A stretch of 64,000 nt of DNA, taken from assembly GCA_963762115.1 (NCBI GenBank), contig CAVXJH010000005.1, forward strand, positions 1 through 64,000. Direction: 5' to 3'. The position numbers and the translations under genes were made by a program. Source of the stretch: Candidatus Babeliales bacterium. GTDB taxonomy: Bacteria; Babelota; Babeliae; Babelales; JANWKD01. Positions 39,807-51,021 of the stretch are shown piece by piece; within the stretch, counting starts at the first letter, position 1, and each line of letters begins with the position of its first letter. The notes under the pieces were generated by a model that did no database searches, had not been told where the DNA came from, and was given only the letters and a program-made list of their open reading frames with translations.

Positions 39807-39879
39807 ATATACCCATATCAATTGTATATAAATTAAAATAAACATTTAGCTTCACATAAAAAACATACGATGCTAGAAC

Positions 39880-40003
39880 TGTCATTGCGAACCCTGCGTC
39901 AATAAGCAGGGTGTGGCAACCCAGCATTTTGATAAATTTTTTATTCTTAAGGAACTCATTTTATTATCTGGGTCACCACGTCACTACGTTCCTCGTGATG
40001 ACA
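39880..40003. repeat. RPE/REP-like palindromic element
   Basis: TGTCATTGCGA...GTGGCAACCCAG ... CTGGGTCACCACG...TCGTGATGACA nested inverted repeats; inner stem CCCTGC...GCAGGG. Confidence 0.7.
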
Positions 40004-40068
40004 ATGGTGATTATTTTGCTCATTCTGAACATCGAGTTCGCGTTATATTAAAAAAAGAGGAGTGTGTT

Positions 40069-40224
40069 ATGCCCTATAAAGTTGGTAAAAAAACAAAAAC
40101 TAAAGGTTATCCAATTTTGAAACATGAAAATGGAAAGTGGAAAGTCATTGCTCATTCAAGCACACGCGAAAAAGCGGAAGCAAGCATCAGAGCACGGCAT
40201 ATGGGCGCACACATGAAAGGTTAA
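40069..40224 (+). CDS. Small basic protein (51 aa)
   Basis: GAGGAG RBS then MPYKVGKKTKTKGYPILK...; the track's upstream extension is the palindromic element. Confidence 0.6.
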   Translation: MPYKVGKKTKTKGYPILKHENGKWKVIAHSSTREKAEASIRARHMGAHMKG

Positions 40225-41414
40225 TCTTTTAGATTCTTTATCAACTCACCAGCTTCATGCCACGGCACAAGATTTCCCTGTTGCCCGGAAAATGACATAG
40301 TGCCTCCATACACAACATAATTATTTTTTTCTGATTGATCAGCTAAGGTAACCCACTTATTCAATGAATTAAAAAAATGTGGGGTAAATGTTTCTGCTGA
40401 TTTAATTTCAATAGGAATGAATGACGAATCCTTATTAATAAGACAATCAACTTCAACATCACCATTTTTATCACGCCAAAAATAGCATGGTGCTGGTAAT
40501 CCTTGATTAAAATATTGTTTATAAAAATCAGCAACAATAAGATTTTCAAAAAGATTTCCATATAAAGGATTCAGTGCCAAACTTTTTTCTGAACTAATTT
40601 CCAACACAGAACAAGCAACGCCCATATCATAAAAATAAAGTTTCGGTGTTTTTGTTATGCGTTTATTAAAATTATTCCAATGCGGCCGCAATAAAAAGAT
40701 AATGTAACTCGCTTCAAGCACCGCCAACCATTGATGCACCGTCGGCACACTAATGCCACAATTGGCTGCAATATCAGAATAGTTAAGCAGTTGTCCTATT
40801 CGCGCAGCACACAGTTTTATACACTTTTGAAAGGTGCTCAAGTTAGTAACATTAATAAGTTGTCGCACATCACGCTCCAAATATGTTTGAATATAAGAAG
40901 GATACACTTCTTGCGGCTCAAAAGTATCAATATAAACACGTGGATAACCGCCGCGAAATATAGTTTTTTCCGGATGCGCAACATCAATAAGCTTATTTTT
41001 TGTCAGTTCATGTAATGAAAAAGGTAATAATGTTAAAATACCGACCCTACCGGCCAACGATTCAGTAATAGCTTCATTCATTAAAAAATTTTGTGAGCCT
41101 GTTAACACAAAATAACCCGGCCTATTTTTTTCATCGACGATCACTTTTATATAGGATAATAATTCAGGAAAATTTTGAAATTCATCAATAATAATACCAT
41201 GCTCATTTTCATATTTGCGCAATATTCCTTTTGGATCATTTTTAATAAGATTCAACAATTCAAGATCATCCAAATTTAAAAACACATGATTCTTAAAAGC
41301 ATGTTTTGACAACGTTGTCTTGCCCGATTGCCGCGGACCCAAAAGTGCTATTACGGGAAATTTACTAAATTCCTTAAGTTTTTTTTCTAAATCTCTTTGA
41401 TAAAACATAAACAC
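40221..41414 (-). CDS. AAA_14 / DUF4143 ATPase
   Basis: GPRQSGKTT, IDEFQ, LTGSQN, ESLAGR, KTPKLYFYDMG, EVD..IPIEIK. Confidence 0.92.
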   Translation of the reverse strand: MFMFYQRDLEKKLKEFSKFPVIALLGPRQSGKTTLSKHAFKNHVFLNLDDLELLNLIKNDPKGILRKYENEHGIIIDEFQNFPELLSYIKVIVDEKNRPGYFVLTGSQNFLMNEAITESLAGRVGILTLLPFSLHELTKNKLIDVAHPEKTIFRGGYPRVYIDTFEPQEVYPSYIQTYLERDVRQLINVTNLSTFQKCIKLCAARIGQLLNYSDIAANCGISVPTVHQWLAVLEASYIIFLLRPHWNNFNKRITKTPKLYFYDMGVACSVLEISSEKSLALNPLYGNLFENLIVADFYKQYFNQGLPAPCYFWRDKNGDVEVDCLINKDSSFIPIEIKSAETFTPHFFNSLNKWVTLADQSEKNNYVVYGGTMSFSGQQGNLVPWHEAGELIKNLKD

Positions 41415-41421
41415 CTCTTTT

Positions 41422-41459
41422 TCCTGCTAATCATAAAGTCCTATTATAGATTAGCAGGA
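41422..41459. promoter_or_regulatory. Inverted repeat directly upstream of the AAA ATPase
   Basis: TCCTGCTAATC-N16-GATTAGCAGGA. Confidence 0.55.
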
Positions 41460-41516
41460 TTTTAGATAAAAATACTAGAGAAAAAAGAACGAAAATCATT
41501 ATTATGTTAAAAAATC

Positions 41517-41564
41517 GGGTATTTGTGGGTATAATTGGATATAATTGGGTATAAATATGGGTAT
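41517..41564. repeat. Five GG(G/A)TAT direct repeats at mostly 10-bp period
   Basis: Starts at 41517, 41527, 41537, 41547, 41559. Confidence 0.75.
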
Positions 41565-41599
41565 TTTAACCAGCCATAAAAAATAACGAATCATACACT

Positions 41600-42343
41600 A
41601 TGAACAAAAAAAACACCTTATCAGCTTACGGCAATCTTTGCAGCCTCTTTTATGATGCCACCAAAAAATTTGCCCCAGAAAAAGAAATCGATTTTTACAC
41701 GGCATTTCTAAAAAATAAAAATGGCAGAATATTGGAAGCCATGTGCGGCTCAGGACGCGTTTTAATTCCTCTTGTGCAACGTGGTTATACAGTTGACGGT
41801 GTTGATAATTCTCCCATCATGCTTGAGCGTTGCCGTGAGCGGTGCGCCACCTTAAAAATAACGCCTGAACTGTATGAGCAATCACTTGAAGATCTAACGT
41901 TACCGCACAAATATGATGCCGTCACTATCGCCGTTGGTTCATTTCAGCTTATTACCGATCGAGCGTGCGCACTCAAAAGCCTCCAAAATTTACGTGCTCA
42001 TATGCATGAGCATGGTGACCTTCTCATTGACATCTTTGAACCTGCAATCAATGAAGAACCTTCAATAAGAACAGCAAAAATTGATCAAACCACCGAAATT
42101 CGCCTCACCACTCGTTATGTATTCTCTCCTGAAGAAAAGCTCGCCGATGCTTTTTGTCTGTATGAACTTTTAATTAATGGTAAATGCACGCAACAGGAAC
42201 AAGAACTCATTCAGGTTACCTGGTACTCTGATGCCGAACTCACCGAGCTTTTGCAAAAAGCTGGCTTTGAGATTGCCGCCTTCCATGAAGCATCCCTACG
42301 AAGCAGCGGCCCTTCGCGCATTGTCCACGCACGAGCAATCTAA
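41600..42343 (+). CDS. Class I SAM methyltransferase
   Basis: ILEAMCGSGR, GVDNSPIML, GSFQL. Confidence 0.88.
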   Translation: MNKKNTLSAYGNLCSLFYDATKKFAPEKEIDFYTAFLKNKNGRILEAMCGSGRVLIPLVQRGYTVDGVDNSPIMLERCRERCATLKITPELYEQSLEDLTLPHKYDAVTIAVGSFQLITDRACALKSLQNLRAHMHEHGDLLIDIFEPAINEEPSIRTAKIDQTTEIRLTTRYVFSPEEKLADAFCLYELLINGKCTQQEQELIQVTWYSDAELTELLQKAGFEIAAFHEASLRSSGPSRIVHARAI

Positions 42344-42469
42344 AAGGTATAAACTTTAATTGCTTATAGCAATTAATCACTTGTAAAAATAGAAATTGTC
42401 TGCTTTTAAATAATATGTTATTCTCAAAGAACGTAATTTTACCATTTTTAATAGATAAAGGATTTACCA

Positions 42470-42970
42470 ATGGATTTTAAACAAGAACTTTTTGGCGTTA
42501 TCAACGATTTCAAACAAAATGTCATCACCATTGACTGGGAAGCGGTATGGAATGATGAAGAAAAATTCGATGCATTATTAGAAGCTCTTGATGCTTTGAT
42601 TAACAGCATTGCGCTTCTTTCTAACTTTGACCATTCAAAAAGAGCAGCTCTTGTTGCGCAATTAGCAATTGGTCGTGCACAACTTACCGATTGTTTTGGC
42701 GATGAAGATCGTTACAATTATTTTCAAGCAACAACACAAGCTTTAGAACATGCTATGCGCGATACCATTACTTCTTCAGATTGGTTACAAAAAGCACAAA
42801 GCAGCTTTGATGAATATTTGATTTTTGAAGATACTGTTACTGAAGATACAGAAATCACCCGTGATCAGATTGATCATTATCGTCCTGTGATGACCGCTTT
42901 AGCACTCATGAACATTATCACTATTGATCAAGAAGAAGAGTGTGATGATGAAGAATGTGATGACGAGTAA
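42470..42970 (+). CDS. Hypothetical acidic protein
   Basis: AAGGA RBS; D/E-rich tail; terminator follows. Confidence 0.7.
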   Translation: MDFKQELFGVINDFKQNVITIDWEAVWNDEEKFDALLEALDALINSIALLSNFDHSKRAALVAQLAIGRAQLTDCFGDEDRYNYFQATTQALEHAMRDTITSSDWLQKAQSSFDEYLIFEDTVTEDTEITRDQIDHYRPVMTALALMNIITIDQEEECDDEECDDE

Positions 42971-42984
42971 GGCATAAAAAAATC

Positions 42985-43026
42985 AGGCAAAAAAGAGTTT
43001 TTTTAATTAAAAACTCTTTTTTGCCT
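42985..43026. terminator. Bidirectional terminator
   Basis: AGGCAAAAAAGAGTTTT...AAAACTCTTTTTTGCCT between convergent genes. Confidence 0.75.
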
Positions 43027-43077
43027 TTGAAAGTCTTAAGTTACCCTCGTGCTCTTATGTATATTTTAAAAAAATTA

Positions 43078-45042
43078 TTATTTTCCAAGCCAAGGATTTT
43101 CCTTATAAGCTTCTGCAACACCACCGCCTGTTGGTTGTCCAGCAACTTGATCAACAAGAGCTTTAAGTTTTTCTACTACCTTTTGTGCTATCTCAAACTC
43201 TCCACTTGTGAGAATACTACCAACCCTTTTTCCATATACAGTTCCCTGCATTTTCTCATTCCATGATTTGATTTTTTCAATAAAATCATCAAGATAAACA
43301 TACATATCTTCTAGCTTTCGTTTATCAAAAGCCTGTGCATTATTAATGTGTCGTAACACTAACTCTAATTTACCGGTTTGTATATCAAATTGAGTATGAA
43401 CAACACCGGATATTCCTTGAAAAAAAGTTTTTATAGGCTTAAAATACTCTTCTTTAAAAGCTTGACCATTATTAAAAGCTTGCGCGAATGCTTCGAAAGC
43501 AGGTTTAAATCCTGTTTCAATTTCTTCTTCTAAAATATCATAATAGGTAACTGCATCTTTTGCAGCTTCAATTTCTTTTTCAGTTGGTTGGCCACCGGCA
43601 ACTCCACTTGCTGCGCCCGACACTTTGTTTAATTCGACAATTACAGTTCTTAAATTTTTTACCAAATCTCCATTGCCAATTATGTCTTTTACAGCATTTG
43701 ATTGCATAATATATTCATTAAAATATTTGGGGGCTAAACCAACAGTAGGTGTTTTTCGATACTCTTCCATGATACCAACTCTAGCTTGAGGATAATTAAC
43801 TTTAATAAATTGGTCTACTTTTTGAATATACACACCGAAATTCAAAAATCCCTGTAAAATTTTATTTAAATACTCACTAACCAATTTTGCTTCTTGTCCT
43901 TCAACCTCATCAAATCCGGCAAATTCCATATCTCCTATTTTTCCATTGATATCACCTTCAAAGTTTTGAAGATTATTAAATTGCATCCTAAGGTTGCGAA
44001 ATGCTTCTACAACAGCATTAATATCAGCATTTTTTGCTAACAGGTCAATAAAAGTTGGCATCAGTTTGGCTGAAATTAATTCCATTGCCTCTTTTACTGG
44101 CGTAAAATTGCTATCAATGTTAATAATATCTTGACTCAATTTTGGCATATCATCAGGAATAGTAAAAAATGGAATCTTTGGCATTGCAAGAGTAAACGGT
44201 ATGCCAGTCCCCTGTTGTTTACCAGCGGCCGCACCGCCTGCAGCTCCACCCGTTGGTTTTATTTTTGAATGACGCATAAATCGATCTTGAGCCCTTTTAA
44301 ATTCCTCATATATTCCATTTTGATCAGTTGGGTTTAAAGAGGCAAAAGCATCATTCATTAGTATTGCATTATAAAAATGATATTGTACATTAGCTTCTTC
44401 TTGAAATGCACCTTTATAAGTCAATCTAATTTGCTGCCATGCATTTTCATTTTGATTATAAATGTTATCAACATACGTATAAAATTGATTAATACCTTGC
44501 ATGATCTCATACAAAAATTGAGCTATCAAGCCTGCATCAACAGGCGCAATAGCATTCAATTTCCCATCAATTTCCTGTAAGAGTTTTGTTAATTCTGCTT
44601 CTGGTGCGGCCATCTTATTAAGATCCACTACAAGAACATCTAAAACCTGTGATCTATCATGAATACCAGGTTGTATATAATCTACCAAAGTAAAAATAAA
44701 ATGATTCATAGCGTTTGCCAAATCATTAAACTGCACTTTTATGTTTCTAAGCAAATCGTTTAAACCTGCATCTGATGTTTTTGGAAATTGAAAATTTGTT
44801 TCTATTTTAGGTGCTGGAATAACTTTCCCTCCACCGGCACCGACATGGCTTGGTGTTGGTTCTGGCAATGGTAGTAAAGTGCCGCCGGTTGAAGGCTTCA
44901 ATACACCGGGCTTTTGCAAGGCATCTCCCAAAGCAGTTAAATGCTGCTGCAAGCTAACTAATTCGCGTTGCAAATCTGCCCGTATTGATACAACATTCGC
45001 TACCATCAAACAAAATAATAAACCACGAAAAACTATCTTCAT
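43078..45042 (-). CDS. Large secreted helical protein with Gly/Pro linkers
   Basis: Signal peptide; helical blocks separated by GGAAGG/GGQPT linkers. Confidence 0.75.
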   Translation of the reverse strand: MKIVFRGLLFCLMVANVVSIRADLQRELVSLQQHLTALGDALQKPGVLKPSTGGTLLPLPEPTPSHVGAGGGKVIPAPKIETNFQFPKTSDAGLNDLLRNIKVQFNDLANAMNHFIFTLVDYIQPGIHDRSQVLDVLVVDLNKMAAPEAELTKLLQEIDGKLNAIAPVDAGLIAQFLYEIMQGINQFYTYVDNIYNQNENAWQQIRLTYKGAFQEEANVQYHFYNAILMNDAFASLNPTDQNGIYEEFKRAQDRFMRHSKIKPTGGAAGGAAAGKQQGTGIPFTLAMPKIPFFTIPDDMPKLSQDIINIDSNFTPVKEAMELISAKLMPTFIDLLAKNADINAVVEAFRNLRMQFNNLQNFEGDINGKIGDMEFAGFDEVEGQEAKLVSEYLNKILQGFLNFGVYIQKVDQFIKVNYPQARVGIMEEYRKTPTVGLAPKYFNEYIMQSNAVKDIIGNGDLVKNLRTVIVELNKVSGAASGVAGGQPTEKEIEAAKDAVTYYDILEEEIETGFKPAFEAFAQAFNNGQAFKEEYFKPIKTFFQGISGVVHTQFDIQTGKLELVLRHINNAQAFDKRKLEDMYVYLDDFIEKIKSWNEKMQGTVYGKRVGSILTSGEFEIAQKVVEKLKALVDQVAGQPTGGGVAEAYKENPWLGK

Positions 45043-45103
45043 TTCTCTCCTTTTTTTCTTAGAAAAACTTTTTTAACAGCGTAAAAAATCTAACCATCTC
45101 AAA

Positions 45104-45805
45104 TCAAGAATACGCAATGCGTTTAAAATACGATCGCATCATCATAAAATACCACAGTGCTGAAAGCAAAGCGCCCAAATGTGTTAAACAATACAGATAA
45201 AAGCTTATCTTACTTAATTGCTTAAACACAATGGTTGCCTCTTGTAATAAGGTAATTTTGCCAACCAATGATGAAAAGAGAGGAGTGCGTTTTAAAAGTT
45301 TTTTGAATATAGTAAGCGGCGTTACTTTCTCAGCTATTTCAGAAGAAACAGGTTGCTCGGTCAACTGTTTGAGCCGAGGAATATATTTTATGGCAACAAC
45401 GGCCATGCAGCCAAAAAATAACAATCCCGTTACGGTGATAATGCGCATGGTGAGTGGCCAATTGAGACAAATAAAACGCATAACAAAAGCACGATTGTCA
45501 CCATGAACATTGGTTTTATAACACCAAAGAATGCCAAACACAACAATGATAACCATCAAAAGGGAAAACCATACATGCCATACATCAAAAACATGGATCG
45601 TTAAGGGCAATGGCGCCGTCTCAGACTCCAAATAGTGTTTAATAAAGCCAAAGGTGTGATAATACAACGTACACAAAAAGTTAAACACCGAACAACCAAG
45701 CAGCAACAAAGCAATCATGCCAATAAAATACATAACAACATGCCCAGAATGTATTTCATCTTTTCTTAACGCCTGCACCATCTTATCAACGGACCATACT
45801 ATCAT
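45104..45805 (-). CDS. Multi-pass membrane protein
   Basis: Four hydrophobic segments; N..GD.R.F..RFICL. Confidence 0.7.
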   Translation of the reverse strand: MIVWSVDKMVQALRKDEIHSGHVVMYFIGMIALLLLGCSVFNFLCTLYYHTFGFIKHYLESETAPLPLTIHVFDVWHVWFSLLMVIIVVFGILWCYKTNVHGDNRAFVMRFICLNWPLTMRIITVTGLLFFGCMAVVAIKYIPRLKQLTEQPVSSEIAEKVTPLTIFKKLLKRTPLFSSLVGKITLLQEATIVFKQLSKISFYLYCLTHLGALLSALWYFMMMRSYFKRIAYS

Positions 45806-45828
45806 ACCGCTACCCCTTATAATGAGTT

Positions 45829-46710
45829 TTATATCTTTTCAAAACCTTTTTTAATATCTTCTGCGGTGAAAACGTTCATAGGCTGCTTAAGACAATAGCG
45901 ATACACCGACACATAAAAAAGACCTTCTGCCATAAGCACAAGCGTCAGAATGAGACCCAAGATGAAAAAAATCACGGCAACGCCGACAGCTTCATTCCAC
46001 ACATAACTGACAACCGTTTCAGTGCTATAACACAGTGCCACTGTTACCATAATAAACAATTCAGTAAACACAAAAGTCGCATATACTTCTGAACCGAATG
46101 TTTCTTTCATATGACGTTCAGAATCATGGATCATTTCTTTCATTGAACGATCTTCAACGGCAATAAGAGGGACCATCAACGTGGTGACTTCAGCCCACTT
46201 ATCAGATTTTGCTTGGATCAAAAAATCAGCTATGCCAAATTCTTGAGCGCGTTTTTTAATAAATTGTTTAAGTGGCGTTTCACCACCAAGAATTACTATT
46301 GTTTTTGCCCACGCATATTCAAGGATAGTGCTCACATGCTTTAAGGCATAAGAAATACTTTGAAACACGGTTGAGCTTTTGGCTGATGTGGCAGTTAACA
46401 GATAATGTGCTGTGCTCACTTGCATCATGAGCATGTTAATCATAATTAAAAAATAAAGAGGAGCGAGTAAAAATAGGATGAAGAAACTTAATTCCCATAA
46501 TGAAATAAGACCCCACAATTCTAAGGTGTCAGCATTAAAAACATGAATACCGTAACGAAGATAGACGATAACCCACACTATAATTTCGATCAAACAGAAA
46601 ATTAAAAGACTCACCAGAGGGAACATAAAAAGCGTTGGTTGTTGCAAGCAAACCAAAAAGCTCTTTTTTAACAATTGAACGGTATACCACAATGATTGCA
46701 CCATGCCCAT
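45829..46710 (-). CDS. Multi-pass membrane protein
   Basis: Several TM segments; P.L.MFPLVS, VPLIAVE, TFGSE. Confidence 0.7.
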   Translation of the reverse strand: MGMVQSLWYTVQLLKKSFLVCLQQPTLFMFPLVSLLIFCLIEIIVWVIVYLRYGIHVFNADTLELWGLISLWELSFFILFLLAPLYFLIMINMLMMQVSTAHYLLTATSAKSSTVFQSISYALKHVSTILEYAWAKTIVILGGETPLKQFIKKRAQEFGIADFLIQAKSDKWAEVTTLMVPLIAVEDRSMKEMIHDSERHMKETFGSEVYATFVFTELFIMVTVALCYSTETVVSYVWNEAVGVAVIFFILGLILTLVLMAEGLFYVSVYRYCLKQPMNVFTAEDIKKGFEKI

Positions 46711-46780
46711 ACTCTACTCTCCTTTTTTGCAGATTTAGTATGAGCATAAAAAAATGCCGAAGGGCAATGCTAGATTTTAT

Positions 46781-47413
46781 TTATAAATCTTTTTTTTCTA
46801 AAAAAGAAACGACAAATTGACTCCAAGATTCAAGTGAATCACCCAATGCTTTACAGTCTTCTAGCGGAACTAATTGACCACTTTTAAGCTCTTCGTTGAC
46901 AGAAATAGTTGGCGTGGAACCCTTAATTAAAAACACAAAACCAATATGCACTTGTCCAACCGGATTGGAATCATCATTGATCACACCCAGCGGTTGAATG
47001 GTAAAATCATCATGATAGTTAACTTCTTCATGAAACTCTCGACGCGCCCATTCAAAGATAGAATTATGCTCCATATCTTCTTCTCGAATGTGACCGCCAA
47101 TACCCAACGTGAATTTATTATGCAACCTTTTCTCGCCTGACACATTAGTGCGTTGCATGAGAAAATAGGTATCATTATGTGCAAAAATAAGATACGGAAT
47201 AATTTGTTTATACGCAGGATCAACTTCCATATGCGTACGGGGTAAAAACTGTTTTTTTTCTTGTATTAATGAAAGATACGCATCGAAATCTACTTCTTTA
47301 AGTCCTGTCCAAGCTGGTTGCGCTTGAGAAAAAAGATAGTCCCGTTTGACGACCAATATCATTTCATCATTGACGCTCATATGAGGTGCGGTAGTTTTTT
47401 GAATTTGTGTCAT
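46781..47413 (-). CDS. Predicted NUDIX-family phosphoesterase
   Basis: EVDPAYKQIIPY, GEKRLH...LGIGGH, REFHEE, VGQVHIG. Confidence 0.85.
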   Translation of the reverse strand: MTQIQKTTAPHMSVNDEMILVVKRDYLFSQAQPAWTGLKEVDFDAYLSLIQEKKQFLPRTHMEVDPAYKQIIPYLIFAHNDTYFLMQRTNVSGEKRLHNKFTLGIGGHIREEDMEHNSIFEWARREFHEEVNYHDDFTIQPLGVINDDSNPVGQVHIGFVFLIKGSTPTISVNEELKSGQLVPLEDCKALGDSLESWSQFVVSFLEKKDL

Positions 47414-47495
47414 AAGATTCTTACCTCTTTGCAAAATGGTGAACAGTATAATCTCTTTAAGTTTGTCATTTTAGAGAAATTACTGCAAATGATTT

Positions 47496-47882
47496 TTATT
47501 GCGCCAATAATCCAGCTTTTTCCATTTTCTCTTTTAATTCTTCAGCTGTCATTGTTGCAACATCACGCACTTCAGGTTGCTCTTGGCGATTTAAATATTC
47601 TTCTTGGCAAGGACCTTGTACAAGATATCCTTTTTGAACCCATTCAGCCATACCACCCTCATAAGCCCAAACATTGCTAAATCCTAAATCATATACAATA
47701 TGCCACGCCTTATGACTGATTGGGCAATGATATGAACCACAATACACAACAATATGCGTCTCTTTATCAACTTTTTTTAAATAATTTTCTAATTCATCCA
47801 AAGGAGCATTAACTGAACCTAAAATATGACAATCTTTATAATAATTTTTTTTTAATGCGTTAATCACCAATAATTTTTGCAT
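47496..47882 (-). CDS. Rhodanese-like protein
   Basis: HILGSVNAP, VVYCGS, AYEGGMAEW. Confidence 0.88.
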   Translation of the reverse strand: MQKLLVINALKKNYYKDCHILGSVNAPLDELENYLKKVDKETHIVVYCGSYHCPISHKAWHIVYDLGFSNVWAYEGGMAEWVQKGYLVQGPCQEEYLNRQEQPEVRDVATMTAEELKEKMEKAGLLAQ

Positions 47883-48069
47883 ACAATGCTCTCTTTTTTT
47901 CTAAAATTACCCTATAACTTCTTCTTTTATGTTCTATACCAAGAAATAGATCTTAGATGCAAATCTATTTTTAAATTCACCATTATAAGGCCATAACTCC
48001 CATTTTTAATAATAAACAGTATATGGTACAATCAAAGCAGAAAATACTCATGAACTAAAGGAATATCAG

Positions 48070-50514
48070 ATGAGTTACCCTTTTAAAGATGTAGAAAAAA
48101 AATGGCAGCACTATTGGGCTGATCACAAAATCGGAGAAGCAAAACCAACCGGCAATGGAAAAAAATATTATTGCTTAGATATGTTTCCTTACCCTTCTGG
48201 ATCAGGATTACATGTTGGTCATTGGCGTGGTTATGTTTTATCGGATGTATATGCACGCATTAAATCATTACAAGGATACAACGTTTTACATCCTATGGGA
48301 TGGGATGCTTTCGGCTTGCCGGCAGAAAATGACGCTATAAAAAAAGGCATTTTGCCGCAAGATAGTACCGCAAAAAACATTGCACATTTCAAACAACAAC
48401 TACAAGAAGTTGGTGCGTTATATGATTGGTCAAAAGAAGTAAATACAACTGACCCTGATTATTATAAATGGACGCAATGGATTTTTTTACAAATGTATAA
48501 AGCTGGTTTGGCTTATCAATCTAATATGCCAATCAATTGGTGCCCCGTAGATAAAACAGGACTTGCCAATGAGGAAGTCATTGATGGTTGTTGTGAACGA
48601 TGCGGCGCGCAGGTTGAACAAAAAAAAATTCCACAATGGGTATTACGTATCACCAACTACGCACAAAAGCTACTTGATGGTCTTGATACGCTTGAATGGC
48701 CAGAAAAAGTAAAATCAATGCAAAGAAATTGGATTGGCAGGAGTGAAGGGTTAATCTTTACTGCTCCGATAAAGGGTACCAATCTCACTTTGCAAACATA
48801 TTCTGCTCACTTTGAAAGTTGTTATGCCGACACTTTTGTTGTTATTGCTCCTGATCACCCATTTTTAAAAACGTTACTTGAAGATGTTCCCAACAAACAA
48901 GAAATTCTTGATTATTGCCACGCTATTATAAAAAAGAGAAGTGAAGATCGTGATCTTTCAGAACCCGAAGGAATTTTCACCGGGAAATACATTATTGATC
49001 CTTTAGGCAATGGCGATCTTCCTATTTGGGTTGCAAGTTTTGCTCTGGCAGATTATGGAACGGGTATCGTTAAATGCTCTGCACATGATGAGCGTGATTT
49101 TGCTTTTGCAAAAAAATATCACATTCCACTCAAAGCCGTTTTATTACCGGCATATGATAAAGAACTACAAGAAAAAGTAAAAAAATTCGAACTATGTTTT
49201 CACAATGCACAAGAAGGTATCTTAACCGAACCATCACCATTTGCAGGAAAAATTGCTGCTGACGTTCGTGAACAATTGGCCGATTATTTGGTAGAAAAAA
49301 AATTCGCCGAACGAAAAATTAACTACAAACTGCGTGATTGGATCTTCTCTCGTCAACGCTATTGGGGTGAGCCAATTCCGTTAATTCATTGTGAGCAGTG
49401 CGGCATTGTGCCCGTGCCAGAAGATCAATTGCCCGTCACGTTACCAGCAGTTGAAGAATATCATCCAACAGGAACGGGCGAATCGCCGTTAGCCGCCATC
49501 ACTGATTGGGTCAATACAAAATGCCCACAATGCAACGGCCCTGCAAAACGTGAAACCAACACCATGCCTCAATGGGCTGGATCATGTTGGTATTTCTTGC
49601 GCTACCCAAATCCACAATTGCAAACAGAAGCATTCTCTCAAAAAGATATGCAGTATTGGTTGCCTGTTGATTTATATGTTGGCGGTGTTGAGCATGCTAT
49701 TTTGCATTTATTATATGCACGTTTTTATGTCAAAGTGCTCCATGATCTTGGTTTTTTGAAATTTAATGAACCATTCACGCACCTCTTCAATCAAGGCATG
49801 GTAAACAAATTTTCAGAATTATCCGGTGCTGTTGAAAAAATGTCCAAATCAAAAGGAAATGTCGTAAATCCTGATGAAATTGTGCAACAATATGGTTCTG
49901 ATGTATTACGCATGTATATATTGTTCATGGGCCCGCCTGAACTTGATTGCGTTTGGCAAGACAATGGTCTTGAAGGCATAAAAAGATTTTTGAATAAATT
50001 ATGGGATTATTTGGTGCAACCAACCACCATTCTGCCTGAAGGTCAACAAGAAACAAAAGAAGTCACGCAAAGATTTCATCAATTTTTAAAAGCATGGCAA
50101 GAACGACTTGATCTTTTTAAACCAAACACCGCTTTATCTGCTGCTATGGAATGGCTTAATGATGCAATCGCACACAATATGCAATTCAATAAAAATACGA
50201 TAGAACAACTTTTAGTTGCTCTATCAACGATGGCGCCTCATTTTAGCAGTGAATTGTTAGTCATGTTGGTGAATAAAAAATTGCAAGATTGCCAATGGCA
50301 AACTTATAATGCTGCGCTTGCACAAGAAGAAATGGTTATTATTGTTGTACAAATAAATGGTAAAATGCGTGCCAATCTTACTATACGACGAGATACTGAA
50401 CAAAAAATTGTTGAAGGTGAAGCTGAACAACTTGCATTCAAATGGCTTGAAGGGAAAGATATCAAAAAGATAATCTATGTTCCCAATCGTTTGGTTAATT
50501 TTGTGGTGCAATAA
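48070..50514 (+). CDS. leuS: Leucine--tRNA ligase
   Basis: [41 protein letters not shown]. Confidence 0.98.
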   Translation: MSYPFKDVEKKWQHYWADHKIGEAKPTGNGKKYYCLDMFPYPSGSGLHVGHWRGYVLSDVYARIKSLQGYNVLHPMGWDAFGLPAENDAIKKGILPQDSTAKNIAHFKQQLQEVGALYDWSKEVNTTDPDYYKWTQWIFLQMYKAGLAYQSNMPINWCPVDKTGLANEEVIDGCCERCGAQVEQKKIPQWVLRITNYAQKLLDGLDTLEWPEKVKSMQRNWIGRSEGLIFTAPIKGTNLTLQTYSAHFESCYADTFVVIAPDHPFLKTLLEDVPNKQEILDYCHAIIKKRSEDRDLSEPEGIFTGKYIIDPLGNGDLPIWVASFALADYGTGIVKCSAHDERDFAFAKKYHIPLKAVLLPAYDKELQEKVKKFELCFHNAQEGILTEPSPFAGKIAADVREQLADYLVEKKFAERKINYKLRDWIFSRQRYWGEPIPLIHCEQCGIVPVPEDQLPVTLPAVEEYHPTGTGESPLAAITDWVNTKCPQCNGPAKRETNTMPQWAGSCWYFLRYPNPQLQTEAFSQKDMQYWLPVDLYVGGVEHAILHLLYARFYVKVLHDLGFLKFNEPFTHLFNQGMVNKFSELSGAVEKMSKSKGNVVNPDEIVQQYGSDVLRMYILFMGPPELDCVWQDNGLEGIKRFLNKLWDYLVQPTTILPEGQQETKEVTQRFHQFLKAWQERLDLFKPNTALSAAMEWLNDAIAHNMQFNKNTIEQLLVALSTMAPHFSSELLVMLVNKKLQDCQWQTYNAALAQEEMVIIVVQINGKMRANLTIRRDTEQKIVEGEAEQLAFKWLEGKDIKKIIYVPNRLVNFVVQ

Positions 50515-50523
50515 CATTCTTTA

Positions 50524-50550
50524 TGAGGTGAGCATGCTGCGCTCACCTCA
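50524..50550. terminator. Hairpin between convergent genes
   Basis: TGAGGTGAGC...GCTCACCTCA. Confidence 0.65.
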
Positions 50551-50551
50551 C

Positions 50552-50965
50552 TTAACTAATAATACAACGTTTTTTTTTAGATTTTTTATGCATTACCGCA
50601 ATAGAAACATCTGCAATAACTTTACCACCTCGATCATAGATCTTGCCATCACGCAAATAACGAGTAGGACGACTTCTTTGCAAAAAATCATATAATTGAG
50701 TGAAATCATTTTCATAAAAACTACCATCGTCAAAATACGTTATAGCTTTATGCGTGGTGCCATCAAATTTTCCGCGTAATTTTCCATCTTCATTAACGTA
50801 GACCGTCACTTTTCTTTGTTCGCTTGCCTTATTCATACGGTCAACACAAATAGTTTTATCAGAACGCCATTGCTTACATAATCTTTCACGCATGTCGTCC
50901 ATGCCAAACATTGAACCTACACTGAAAAAAATCACTATAAAAAAGAAATTTTTATAGCTCTTCAT
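50552..50965 (-). CDS. Secreted protein with polybasic CaaX tail
   Basis: Signal peptide; ends KKSKKKRCIIS. Confidence 0.7.
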   Translation of the reverse strand: MKSYKNFFFIVIFFSVGSMFGMDDMRERLCKQWRSDKTICVDRMNKASEQRKVTVYVNEDGKLRGKFDGTTHKAITYFDDGSFYENDFTQLYDFLQRSRPTRYLRDGKIYDRGGKVIADVSIAVMHKKSKKKRCIIS

Positions 50966-51021
50966 AGCATAACTCCCAAAAAAATAATGGTTTTTATTGT
51001 TCCATTCATACTAAAAAGATT

